NCBI GenBank assembly: GCA_965218785.1
Contig: OZ244650.1
Coordinates: forward strand, 1,856,001-1,920,000
Length of the DNA stretch: 64,000 nt
DNA from: Nitrosopumilus sp.
GTDB lineage: Archaea; Thermoproteota; Nitrososphaeria; Nitrososphaerales; Nitrosopumilaceae
Direction of reading: 5' to 3'
Of the stretch, positions 1 to 8,333 are shown piece after piece. The first letter of the stretch is position 1, and each line of letters opens with the position of its first letter. The position numbers were made by a program, and so were the translations under genes. A model generated the notes under the pieces. It was not told where the DNA came from. It made no database searches and saw only the letters and a program-made list of their open reading frames with translations.

Positions 1-103
1 GACATTTACCGCTATAAGGATTCATTACGTCTTTTAGGGATTTTAACATCTTCATGTTTGTGATCTTTTCACCACATTTGCCACATGTAATTTCTACAGA
101 CAT
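1..103 (-). CDS. Small zinc-finger-like protein, partial (runs off the window start)
   Basis: Read manually: ATG at 103, MSVEITCGKCGEKITNMKMLKSLKDVMNPYSGKC...; CxxC plus the start of a second Cys pair; AT-rich TATA-like region upstream. Confidence 0.7.
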   Translation of the reverse strand, partial: MSVEITCGKCGEKITNMKMLKSLKDVMNPYSGKC

Positions 104-173
104 AAGTACGATCAGATATGCAAAATAATTAAGAACCAGTTTTGATTTTTTTTAATAATTCAAGCAAATTATT

Positions 174-539
174 TTACTGCTTTTCTATGATGATTCCACG
201 TTCATCAAAGCCGGTTATTTTGGCCAGGGTTCCTACAGGCAGATCCGCAGGGGTGGAAATTCCCTCCATAAATCCAGAAATTCTCAGATCTGACGTGTCT
301 AATTGAAGCATCACAAAGGCATATGGGGTGTATTTTTCAAAGCCGGCAGGGGCGACTGTAATTATGGTATATGTGGCAATTGTGCCTGTGCCCTCTAAAA
401 GAACATCTTCAAATGCCTTGCTTCCGCATTTTAGGCAGTAATAAGCAGTAGACAGATGAAGGTGACTGCAGCCGGTGCATTTGTGGGTTAAAAGCTTGCC
501 CTGTTTGGCATTTTCAATAACTTTTTCTTCAACTGACAT
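174..539 (-). CDS. DUF35 Zn-ribbon/OB-fold thiolase partner protein
   Basis: CxxC...CxxC (CTGC, CLKC) followed by an OB-fold-like GTIATYTII...PYAFVMLQL; start MSVEEK at 539 directly follows the thiolase stop. Confidence 0.88.
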   Translation of the reverse strand: MSVEEKVIENAKQGKLLTHKCTGCSHLHLSTAYYCLKCGSKAFEDVLLEGTGTIATYTIITVAPAGFEKYTPYAFVMLQLDTSDLRISGFMEGISTPADLPVGTLAKITGFDERGIIIEKQ

Positions 540-540
540 G

Positions 541-1704
541 TCATACACTCTGAAATATGTGGACTGCACAACTTGCACCAGTAGCACCAAAGTTGTGGGT
601 TAAGCCAATTTTTGCATCTTTAACGGTTCTCTCACCTGCATTTCCGGTTAGTTGATCATATACTTCTGCTACCTGTCCAATACCGGTAGCCCCGATTGGG
701 TGTCCTTTTGATTTGAGACCGCCTGAAGGATTTATTGAAATATCAGAGTTTAGTTTTGTCCTGTCTTCACGGACTGCCTGAACGCCCTCCCCTTTCTTGA
801 AGAATCCCAGATCTTCGGTATCAACTACTTCTGCAATTGTAAAGCAGTCATGTACTTCAGCAAAGTCGATGTCTTTTGCAGTGAGACCTGCCATCTTGTA
901 TGCTGCTTCGGATGCGATCTTTGTACTTGGAATGGTTGTAATATGCTCGCGTCCTTGCAACGCAGCAGGTGATCCGCCCCTGCCTGATCCGGTCACTTCA
1001 ATGTAATCACCGCCGTGTTCTTTTGCAAATTTTTCAGAACAAAGAATTACAGAGCTTGCACCATCAGAGAAGGGGCAGCAGTCATAAAGTTTCAATGGAC
1101 TTGCAACTACGGCGGAATTCATTACATCCTCAACTGTAATTTTCTTTTGCATGTGAGCTTTTGGATTTAACATCCCGTTATCATGATTCTTTACTGCAAC
1201 CTTTGCAAAGTCTTCTTCAGTTGCATCAAATTCAGTCAGGTAGGCCCGTGCCATTGATGCAAACAATCCTGGAAATGATGCTCCGGATTGACCTTCATAG
1301 AAAAAGTCCGAACAATATGCAAAGTAGGTTGTCGTCCATTCAGTTCCCGTGTGTGTCACTTTTTCAACACCGGTTGCAATAAGACAATCATAAAACCCTG
1401 CCGCAATATTCGCATATGCCTCCCTAAAAGATACAGAACCGCTCCCGCATGCGGATTCTATTGTAAGTGATGGTTTATCGGGAATTCCCAGTCTGCTCAT
1501 CAGGACAGGTCCTATGTGTACCTGCTTGTCTGCAACTCCAAAGACATTTGAGATGTAGGATGCTTTGATGTCTTTTGGAGTAATTCCCGCACTTTCTATG
1601 GCTGAAACTGATGCCTGAGTAGTAATATCGGCAAGGCTGCCTGCTAATTTTCCATATTTGGTGCTGCCTGCGCCAAGAACACAAACCTTGTCCACAAATG
1701 TCAC
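541..1704 (-). CDS. Thiolase (acetyl-CoA acetyltransferase, archaeal SCP2-type); candidate acetoacetyl-CoA thiolase of the 3HP/4HB cycle
   Basis: Motifs ESACGSG, EVHDCF, NPSGGLKSKGHPIGATG; paired with DUF35. Confidence 0.93.
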   Translation of the reverse strand: MTFVDKVCVLGAGSTKYGKLAGSLADITTQASVSAIESAGITPKDIKASYISNVFGVADKQVHIGPVLMSRLGIPDKPSLTIESACGSGSVSFREAYANIAAGFYDCLIATGVEKVTHTGTEWTTTYFAYCSDFFYEGQSGASFPGLFASMARAYLTEFDATEEDFAKVAVKNHDNGMLNPKAHMQKKITVEDVMNSAVVASPLKLYDCCPFSDGASSVILCSEKFAKEHGGDYIEVTGSGRGGSPAALQGREHITTIPSTKIASEAAYKMAGLTAKDIDFAEVHDCFTIAEVVDTEDLGFFKKGEGVQAVREDRTKLNSDISINPSGGLKSKGHPIGATGIGQVAEVYDQLTGNAGERTVKDAKIGLTHNFGATGASCAVHIFQSV

Positions 1705-1751
1705 TGACCAAAGTCCCTATAAAAGTCGTTTTAGTAAACTGATCATAGAAA

Positions 1752-2216
1752 ATGCCGCCAAAGAAAACCAGTCTTCGAGCTGTTCAAATTAAAAAGACAC
1801 CAAGGCATGTGGTCAGAATTACAAAGTCAAAGACCAGCGTCTTTAGAAAAGAGATTATCCAGTATTTGGATTGTAACGGATACCTCTCTTGGTCATCAAA
1901 AGAGAAGAGATACATGATTCTTGGCACCAATTCCCCAAAAAACGGGCTCGTCCGGTGTCCCCAGTGCGGGATCGGGGAATTGATGGTAATCAGATCACCG
2001 ACAACAAAAAAGCGATTCATGGGCTGTTCTAACTTTTATGGCGGGTGCAAGGCCTCATCCCCCTTATTGCAAAAGGCAAAAGTTAGGGCAATAAAGAGCC
2101 CCTGTGGCGTATGTAAATGGCCAATGATAATCTTTCGTTATTCACGAAAACAGAGATGGACAAAACAATGCTCAAATTTCAACTGTAAAAGCAGAGATAC
2201 TAAGCCTTCAAAGTAG
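1752..2216 (+). CDS. Topoisomerase-I C4 zinc-ribbon domain protein (stand-alone)
   Basis: CPQCG...FMGCSNFYGGC and CGVC...CSNFNC, two zf-C4_Topoisom-type repeats. Confidence 0.8.
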   Translation: MPPKKTSLRAVQIKKTPRHVVRITKSKTSVFRKEIIQYLDCNGYLSWSSKEKRYMILGTNSPKNGLVRCPQCGIGELMVIRSPTTKKRFMGCSNFYGGCKASSPLLQKAKVRAIKSPCGVCKWPMIIFRYSRKQRWTKQCSNFNCKSRDTKPSK

Positions 2217-3006
2217 GATAAATATCGGTTCTTCTGTTTTTAAGCAGTGGCAAAATTTTTCGTATCTCTCGCACTTTGTTCAAATCAATGGTAGCAAAAC
2301 CTATTCCCTGCCTCTTTTTCATGTCAAGCATGATTTTTCCATACGGATCAACTACCAGGCTTCTTCCACAGTAGATGTTTCCAACTTGATCTGGTGCAAT
2401 TACATAGCATCCGTTTTCAATGGCTCGCGTTTTGTTAATTGTTATCCAATGCTCCTCTTTCATGCTGCCTCGGACCCAGGCAGACGGTACGACCAAAATT
2501 TCAGAACCGGCAACTGCAAGAGAGCGCGAGATCTCGGGAAATCTTAAATCATAACAGATCATTACGCCGACTTTGCCCAGCAGGGTCTTTACAGGCTTTG
2601 CAATCTTGGAACCTGGAAGCATTTTGTCTGATTCCCGGAATCCCAATGCGTCATAGAGATGAATCTTGCGATAAGTGGAGATTACTTTGCCTGACCTGTC
2701 AATCACAAAGGAGGTGTCATATACGCGATCTTTTTTTCCGCTCTTTTCATAAAACGAGCCTATGACTTGTATGTGATTTTCTTTTGCCGCATCTGCAATT
2801 GTTGTGACAAAATTTCCTTTGATTGTTTCAGCCAAGTTTGCAAGCTGTCTGGGGGTTTGAGAGGAACTCGTATAAAACATCATAAATTCAGGAAATGCGC
2901 ACAGTGCCGCGTTTTTTGAGGCCGACTTTGAGATGTATGAAATGATTTTTTTTAAATTGGTTTCTTTGTTAGTTGATGCTTTGAATTGAACAATTGCAGC
3001 TTTCAT
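2200..3006 (-). CDS. Carbon-nitrogen hydrolase (nitrilase superfamily, Nit1/Nit2-like amidase)
   Basis: Glu-Lys-Cys triad motifs FPEF, YRKIHLYD, ICYDLRFPE; RAIEN. Confidence 0.92.
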   Translation of the reverse strand: MKAAIVQFKASTNKETNLKKIISYISKSASKNAALCAFPEFMMFYTSSSQTPRQLANLAETIKGNFVTTIADAAKENHIQVIGSFYEKSGKKDRVYDTSFVIDRSGKVISTYRKIHLYDALGFRESDKMLPGSKIAKPVKTLLGKVGVMICYDLRFPEISRSLAVAGSEILVVPSAWVRGSMKEEHWITINKTRAIENGCYVIAPDQVGNIYCGRSLVVDPYGKIMLDMKKRQGIGFATIDLNKVREIRKILPLLKNRRTDIYPTLKA

Positions 3007-3140
3007 GTGATTGATTAATCAAATGACAATAAAAGGATAAACCATTATGCCAGATGTGCCATGTCATATGCGGGTCTTCCATTGATATACAATGACTGCA
3101 GACTGGATATGTTATCCATGCGGTTCTTTTTAAAAAATAA

Positions 3141-3317
3141 TTAAAGTTGGCTTCCTGCCAAAAACCAATTTTCTTTAGGATTCTCCTCAAAAACAACAAT
3201 TATGTGGCTTTCCTTTGTCTTGAGAATCTCCACTGCTGATTTTGTGATTGCTTTTGCATATTCGTCCTTTTGCTCCTGTGTTCTGCCAGGATACATTGAT
3301 ACCGTAATCAAGGGCAT
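3141..3317 (-). CDS. 4-oxalocrotonate tautomerase family protein (58 aa, below the ORF-track cutoff)
   Basis: Read manually: MPLITVSMYPGRTQEQKDEYAKAITKSAVEILKTKESHIIVVFEENPKENWFLAGSQL; catalytic Pro1, GRTxEQK and WxxG motifs. Confidence 0.9.
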   Translation of the reverse strand: MPLITVSMYPGRTQEQKDEYAKAITKSAVEILKTKESHIIVVFEENPKENWFLAGSQL

Positions 3318-3350
3318 GATAATTTCAAGCAGATTCGGTGATTTATTCTT

Positions 3351-4136
3351 TCAATAATCATCTGGTCTGTAACCATACCTTGTACCATATGTAAAATCAG
3401 ACCTAAACATTTTTTTGTAGATGTATCCGGTTCCAAAACCAACTGCAAACCCGCCAATGTGCGCAAGAAATGCAACGCCGCCTGACGCACCAAATCCGGG
3501 TACGAAAAACGGAAGTAGATTTTGGAAAATCAGCCAAAAAGGTAAGAAGAATCTGGCCTGAATATGCATCATGAAATAACCCATTAATGTCAAAATTCTG
3601 GCTTTTGGAAAAATTATAAGATATGCACCCAAGATTCCTGAAATTGCACCAGATGCGCCTACTGCAGGAATTGGACTGGTAGGATCTGCAATTATGTGAG
3701 CTAATCCAGCTATAATTCCCCAACTTAGATAAATTAAAAGATACTTGAATTTTCCAAATTTCTGTTCAATGTTATCTCCAAACACCCACAAAAATAACAT
3801 GTTGCCACCAAAATGAAGCAGGCCGCCATGCATGAAAGTTGAACTCAGTAAGGATATGTATGGTACGGCGGGACATGAAAGTGCAACAGGACCCCTGCCA
3901 AAATTAATAATGGATTCACTTGCGCCTGTAACGCAGTTTGGAACAGCACCCCAGTTGTAATACATGCTAATTGTATTTAGATGGGCTCCATTCTCATCTA
4001 CCATTGCAAAATCAAAAAACTGTCCGGTAACTGCAACCTGAATAAAAAATACAACAGTATTTGCCGCAATTAATGCAATTGTCATTCGGGGTTTAAATCC
4101 CGGAGGATGGGGATTTTCGTCTTTTAATGGTATCAT
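3351..4136 (-). CDS. Rhomboid family intramembrane serine protease
   Basis: HxxxxHFGGNMLFLWVFGDNIE, GASG catalytic Ser, AHIGG catalytic His. Confidence 0.93.
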   Translation of the reverse strand: MIPLKDENPHPPGFKPRMTIALIAANTVVFFIQVAVTGQFFDFAMVDENGAHLNTISMYYNWGAVPNCVTGASESIINFGRGPVALSCPAVPYISLLSSTFMHGGLLHFGGNMLFLWVFGDNIEQKFGKFKYLLIYLSWGIIAGLAHIIADPTSPIPAVGASGAISGILGAYLIIFPKARILTLMGYFMMHIQARFFLPFWLIFQNLLPFFVPGFGASGGVAFLAHIGGFAVGFGTGYIYKKMFRSDFTYGTRYGYRPDDY

Positions 4137-4347
4137 GATGTTAAACTTGAGTAAAATTTGTATAATAAGATTATTGGTGTTTAATTAATTTTAATGATGA
4201 GATGACTAATTTATCAGAAAATGGGGGAAAATATGAGAAATGAAAAGAGAGGATGACTAATTTATCATCTGCTGCTGCGTATATGGTGATTTTATCCCAA
4301 TGGATGAAAAGGAATTGGCTGATTTCTCATATGTGGCATGCCAATAA

Positions 4348-5568
4348 TCAGACCCTGACAAGTCCGGTCAGGATCAACCATTCAACCCCTTTGAGAAATT
4401 CCGAATCAGAGAGAAGATCATCAGACCACCATTTTGCGTTGTTTTTGAGCCATGGAGGCAGCAGCAGGCTGGTTTCAGATGTCTGCCCCAAGACAGCATC
4501 ATCTGAGATATTGATGATGTTTTCCTCGATCAAAAATCGGATTCCCTGGACGAATGAATCATCATCTAATTGCCCGTCTGCCCACCGGCCTGCGTTGTTT
4601 TTGAGCCACTCGGGAACAAAGACTGCTTCAATTAATTCGCCATTGGGATCAAATCCGGAGATTGTTAAAACTCCAGATGACTGAGGTTCGACTAAAAATG
4701 CCACGTGCCAGTTTCCCATATCATCAGTACTTTGAATCGAATCGACGTGTTGATCATTTAGAGAAACTTTGAGGGATTCATTCTCAGAATATTTGGGAAA
4801 TTCCAAGTTGATGGAATTTTGAAGAGGCCATCCCTTAATCAAATTAAATGAGAGGCTTGTTTCTTTTGAATCAAATTCAGGATATGACAGGAGAATTCCA
4901 GAGTCATATCTTATTCTAAAGGCATCATCACCCCTAGGTACGTTCAGGACAACAACGCTATCCTGGCCAACTGCAAAACAGCTGTAATACCAGACCCTGG
5001 TTGCAACAGTCGGATCCGGATACATTGAAAATTCCCTAGTCTCGCCTGGTCTCATCTCAGTAATTGGAAGGGTGTTTTGGCCCATGTCCAATGCCTCATT
5101 ATCAAATCCATGGATAATTGCAAAGATCTTGATATCAGAGATGGTTTCAGTCCCGGAATTGGTTATTCTTCCAGTCAGATGACCGTCTTCATGAACGATC
5201 AAAGTTTGATCATAAATGACATCTACTGGAATCGTTTCTGCCTTTGTTTTTTCAAATGATATCTCTGCTGGCATCAAAACAGGCCAGTTGATTTCTGAAA
5301 TTTCGGGAAACTTGATCTTAAATGGGATTTCTTCTCCGGGGGGCACAGGTACATGCTGAATTGTTTTAGAAAATGTTTCAAAAGTATCTTTTACCGAGAT
5401 GAAAATTGTAGGAATTATTGCATAATCAAGGTCGTTTTTTACATTACCAACGACGGTATAAATTCCAGTTGAATCAAAATATCCGACATACTCATCAGGC
5501 GGGATAAAAACTTCAGCAAATGAAAGTTGTGGAACAAACAGCAGGGAAGATAAAACCCCCAATAACAA
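4348..5568 (-). CDS. Exported protein with two FxLYD-like Ig domains and a C-terminal thaumarchaeal WLKNNAxxW repeat pair (start uncertain)
   Basis: Signal peptide ending SFA; repeats VGNVKN... and TGRITNSG...; two C-terminal PxWLKNNA(G/K)xWxD...F..GI..LI repeats. The ORF-track start (5664) overlaps the upstream gene, so a TTG near 5568 is more plausible. Confidence 0.75.
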   Translation of the reverse strand: MLLGVLSSLLFVPQLSFAEVFIPPDEYVGYFDSTGIYTVVGNVKNDLDYAIIPTIFISVKDTFETFSKTIQHVPVPPGEEIPFKIKFPEISEINWPVLMPAEISFEKTKAETIPVDVIYDQTLIVHEDGHLTGRITNSGTETISDIKIFAIIHGFDNEALDMGQNTLPITEMRPGETREFSMYPDPTVATRVWYYSCFAVGQDSVVVLNVPRGDDAFRIRYDSGILLSYPEFDSKETSLSFNLIKGWPLQNSINLEFPKYSENESLKVSLNDQHVDSIQSTDDMGNWHVAFLVEPQSSGVLTISGFDPNGELIEAVFVPEWLKNNAGRWADGQLDDDSFVQGIRFLIEENIINISDDAVLGQTSETSLLLPPWLKNNAKWWSDDLLSDSEFLKGVEWLILTGLVRV

Positions 5569-5593
5569 AAACAGATTTTTTGAGACTGGGATC

Positions 5594-6094
5594 CTAGAAA
5601 GAATTGATGATGTCTTCGAGTCCCGACGCCGGTTTCTCAAGTAAGTTCGGTTTATAGTCCTCAATTAACTCATCTACAAGATCTCTTACTTTAATATGAT
5701 ATCTCTTTTTTAGCTCAACAGGTCGGATCTCCACTAAACCGTCTTCAACAAGTTGTGATAGGTATAATGAGACCGTTGATGGGGATTTTTTAACCTTCCT
5801 TACTAGTTGCCCAAAGTCCATTCCATCCTCACTGATTAGTGCAAATAGCAGATCACGCGGGGTCTGCCTGCGTAGTGCCTTGATTACCTTTGACTCGTCT
5901 TCGGTAATTTGTGGAGGATAAAATCTAGCCTGTCGCGGGCCGCGGATTGATTTTATGATGCCGTTTTTTTCTAATTTTTCCAAGTAATGACTTAGGACCC
6001 CGTTTTTCAATCCGGATGAACGCATTATCTCACGGAACTGAATTCCGGGATTTTCTTCAATGATTTGCTGTATTTGTGAATCCCTATCAGTCAT
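5594..6094 (-). CDS. Double winged-helix transcriptional regulator (ArsR/HTH_24-like)
   Basis: NPGIQFREIMR...GVLSHYLEKLEK and a second HTH SPSTVSLYLSQLVEDGLV; overlaps the upstream membrane protein gene. Confidence 0.85.
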   Translation of the reverse strand: MTDRDSQIQQIIEENPGIQFREIMRSSGLKNGVLSHYLEKLEKNGIIKSIRGPRQARFYPPQITEDESKVIKALRRQTPRDLLFALISEDGMDFGQLVRKVKKSPSTVSLYLSQLVEDGLVEIRPVELKKRYHIKVRDLVDELIEDYKPNLLEKPASGLEDIINSF

Positions 6095-6479
6095 TTCTAA
6101 ACACCCCGCACGCTAACAATCCCAATGTAAGAAATGTCAATAAATGTCCTATCTCCGAAAGTGTCAGTTCACCAAGATCATATAGTACAGGCCAGGTGGC
6201 ATCAACTAGCAGCACGCCTTCAACGGCAATAAAATTAACAAATGCTATGGCACTAAGCAAAAGTCGTTTTGTTTTTAACCTGTAATATGCAATTCCAGCA
6301 AGTATTGAAATAAACACGGCAAGAGTAATCCCTCCCACGTGCAAAAAGATGTGTACCAGATGAAAGCCATGCATCAGGTGGGGGATGATTATTGGCAGGG
6401 CCAAAACTGCTACAACTCCGGCAACCACAATAGAAAACAGAGCTGATTTTCTCTCAACCATGCTTTCAGGCCTGAACAA
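6087..6479 (-). CDS. Small His-rich integral membrane protein (~4 TM)
   Basis: Four hydrophobic segments; PHLMHGFHLVHIFLH loop/helix; coupled to the wHTH gene. Confidence 0.8.
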   Translation of the reverse strand: MFRPESMVERKSALFSIVVAGVVAVLALPIIIPHLMHGFHLVHIFLHVGGITLAVFISILAGIAYYRLKTKRLLLSAIAFVNFIAVEGVLLVDATWPVLYDLGELTLSEIGHLLTFLTLGLLACGVFRND

Positions 6480-6517
6480 AGTAATGGATTTTGCCTGCTT
6501 ACTAATTTAAAATAACT

Positions 6518-6538
6518 GGTTCATATGAAATAAGAACC
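6518..6538. promoter_or_regulatory. Inverted repeat GGTTC-N11-GAACC next to the TATA-like box of the membrane protein/wHTH operon
   Basis: ggttcatatgaaataagaacc lies just upstream (minus strand) of ttttaaat. Confidence 0.4.
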
Positions 6539-6540
6539 GA

Positions 6541-8094
6541 TCAGAGACGAATGATTCCCGTCTGAGTTAAAAATTGGATTCCCTGGATGAATGTGTCATC
6601 ATCTGTTTGCCCGTCTGCCCACCAGCCTGCGTTGTTTTTGAGCCATGCTGGAACGTGCTGGGATTCCAGGGTGTGCGGCAGAGTCTGAGGAACCACGATG
6701 ATTTTGTTGTTGATGAAATATTTGATTACCTCGATGAATGTGTCATCATCTGTTTGCCCCTGTGACCACAACAATGCGCTGTTTCGAATCCAGTCAGGCA
6801 CCAGAATGTCATTATCGGGGGTTGTTACGCGGTTAATTACAACGGGAATGACCGATTTTGCAAAGATGTTATTGTCCAAATTTTCAAAATTAAGATGGAC
6901 TATTCCGGTAACATCATCAGGGATTGTGAATTCTGCAGTGTTGTGCTCGCCCTTGGAATCAGTACTAGTTCCACCCTGTTCAAATATGACTCTGTCATTT
7001 TGAGTTACTGAAAATTCATAGTCAGTGGAGACAAGTTTGTTCTTTAGGAAGATGTCAGTAACATCAAACAATACTTTTGCATTTAGGCCGGATTCTAGGT
7101 TTTCAGGCTCCCAGGATACAAGAATTCTAAACTGTCCATTATCGGTAACTGAACTCAAATGGGTATAATCACGGTCTGGTTTGATCATAATATTCATTCC
7201 ATTATGACTGGAGGCATTTTCTAAAACGTTGAACAGTTCCTTTTGATATATGATAAAATGAACTGTGCGTTCGTCGGCAGAAAAATCATCTATGTTGACG
7301 ATATCTTCAGATAACTTTACATCGTTGACATGCATTGTAAATCCTGATACCAGCAGATTACCGAATTTTTTTGGAATTACAAGCTCTTGATGAACTACCG
7401 AGGTTTGATTGATGTTAGTTTCAGTCCATTCAAACGGCATAAAATAGCTTATTTCCTTTGAATTTGAATCATAGTTAAAGCCTGAAATTTCATCATAGTA
7501 TGTGACTATATGCAGGAATTCTTCTCCAAAGCCCGGATCAATAAAATCATGTTTTGTTGTTTGGGCAATGGAAATTCCCACGTTATACACCAGTGGTTCT
7601 TTTAATTTTTTGGAATATTCATCAGCTGCAAGTATGCGGACATCAAATTTGTATAAACCTCCCTGACTCAGTTTTGGTCCCTTTACATGGACCATTCTGC
7701 TTTCCAATCCCAGCAGTGAGCCAAGAAAGTTGCCGCTGCCGTCTTCCTCAATTATAATGGAAGCAGTTTCCTCCGATACAAAATTAAAAACTATGAATCC
7801 GTTGTCTGCCTTGAATTCCTGTTCAAAAAGAAATTCATCGCCGCGCTCAGCCTTTATCAAGAAAGTCACGTCACGCAGCGTAATTTTGGAATCAAAGTCA
7901 ATAAATGAGATGGATATTTGTTGATCATCACCAGAATCGGGATTTTCTGTGGAGGATGAAACTTCCAAAGTTACGAGTCGTCCATCTAATTCTGTGGGAG
8001 GAAAGGTTTCACTTCCTACTCCGTGACCATATGCATAATCAAATGCAAGTACGGCCATAGATGAGAGTATTAGAACTGTAAGCAGGTTTTTCAA
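6541..8094 (-). CDS. Exported HGxG-family protein, paralogue 1, with C-terminal WxKNNAGWW repeats
   Basis: TTG at 8094 just after the upstream stop; signal peptide ...DYAYG|HGVGSE; shares GGLY, TYYDEI, MPFEW, VHQE..IPK, VHF motifs with the genes at 8334 and 19273. Confidence 0.82.
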   Translation of the reverse strand: MKNLLTVLILSSMAVLAFDYAYGHGVGSETFPPTELDGRLVTLEVSSSTENPDSGDDQQISISFIDFDSKITLRDVTFLIKAERGDEFLFEQEFKADNGFIVFNFVSEETASIIIEEDGSGNFLGSLLGLESRMVHVKGPKLSQGGLYKFDVRILAADEYSKKLKEPLVYNVGISIAQTTKHDFIDPGFGEEFLHIVTYYDEISGFNYDSNSKEISYFMPFEWTETNINQTSVVHQELVIPKKFGNLLVSGFTMHVNDVKLSEDIVNIDDFSADERTVHFIIYQKELFNVLENASSHNGMNIMIKPDRDYTHLSSVTDNGQFRILVSWEPENLESGLNAKVLFDVTDIFLKNKLVSTDYEFSVTQNDRVIFEQGGTSTDSKGEHNTAEFTIPDDVTGIVHLNFENLDNNIFAKSVIPVVINRVTTPDNDILVPDWIRNSALLWSQGQTDDDTFIEVIKYFINNKIIVVPQTLPHTLESQHVPAWLKNNAGWWADGQTDDDTFIQGIQFLTQTGIIRL

Positions 8095-8095
8095 T

Positions 8096-8302
8096 CTAGG
8101 TCCACTTGTTGGGATCTTTTTTATGGATCTGTTTTCCGTCGATGGTAACCTGATCCTTTTCTTCAAAGATAGTATGCCATTTTCCGTTACTTGGAAAAAT
8201 CTTGTCCATTTCTTCAACTTTGTCATGAGTGGGTGATTTGTTCATCAGGGCCCCCCATTTCATATTTGGGATTTTAGGCAGGATATCATTGATGTCTCTC
8301 AT
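8096..8302 (-). CDS. Small conserved hypothetical protein (68 aa)
   Basis: Protein-like ORF with a TATA-like box upstream (~8320-8332); stop abuts the next gene's TTG. Confidence 0.7.
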   Translation of the reverse strand: MRDINDILPKIPNMKWGALMNKSPTHDKVEEMDKIFPSNGKWHTIFEEKDQVTIDGKQIHKKDPNKWT

Positions 8303-8333
8303 ACAGTATCACATTATAGAATATATTTAAAAA

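Noticed and set aside
3007-3140. CQMC and ICYPC fragments suggesting a zinc-finger microgene; also ORF 2969-3199
   Set aside because: The Cys pairs are in different frames with stops; the long ORF overlaps two real genes. At most a remnant.
8095-8226. ORF-track N-terminal extension of the 6541 gene
   Set aside because: It overlaps the 68-aa gene; the signal peptide begins at TTG 8094.
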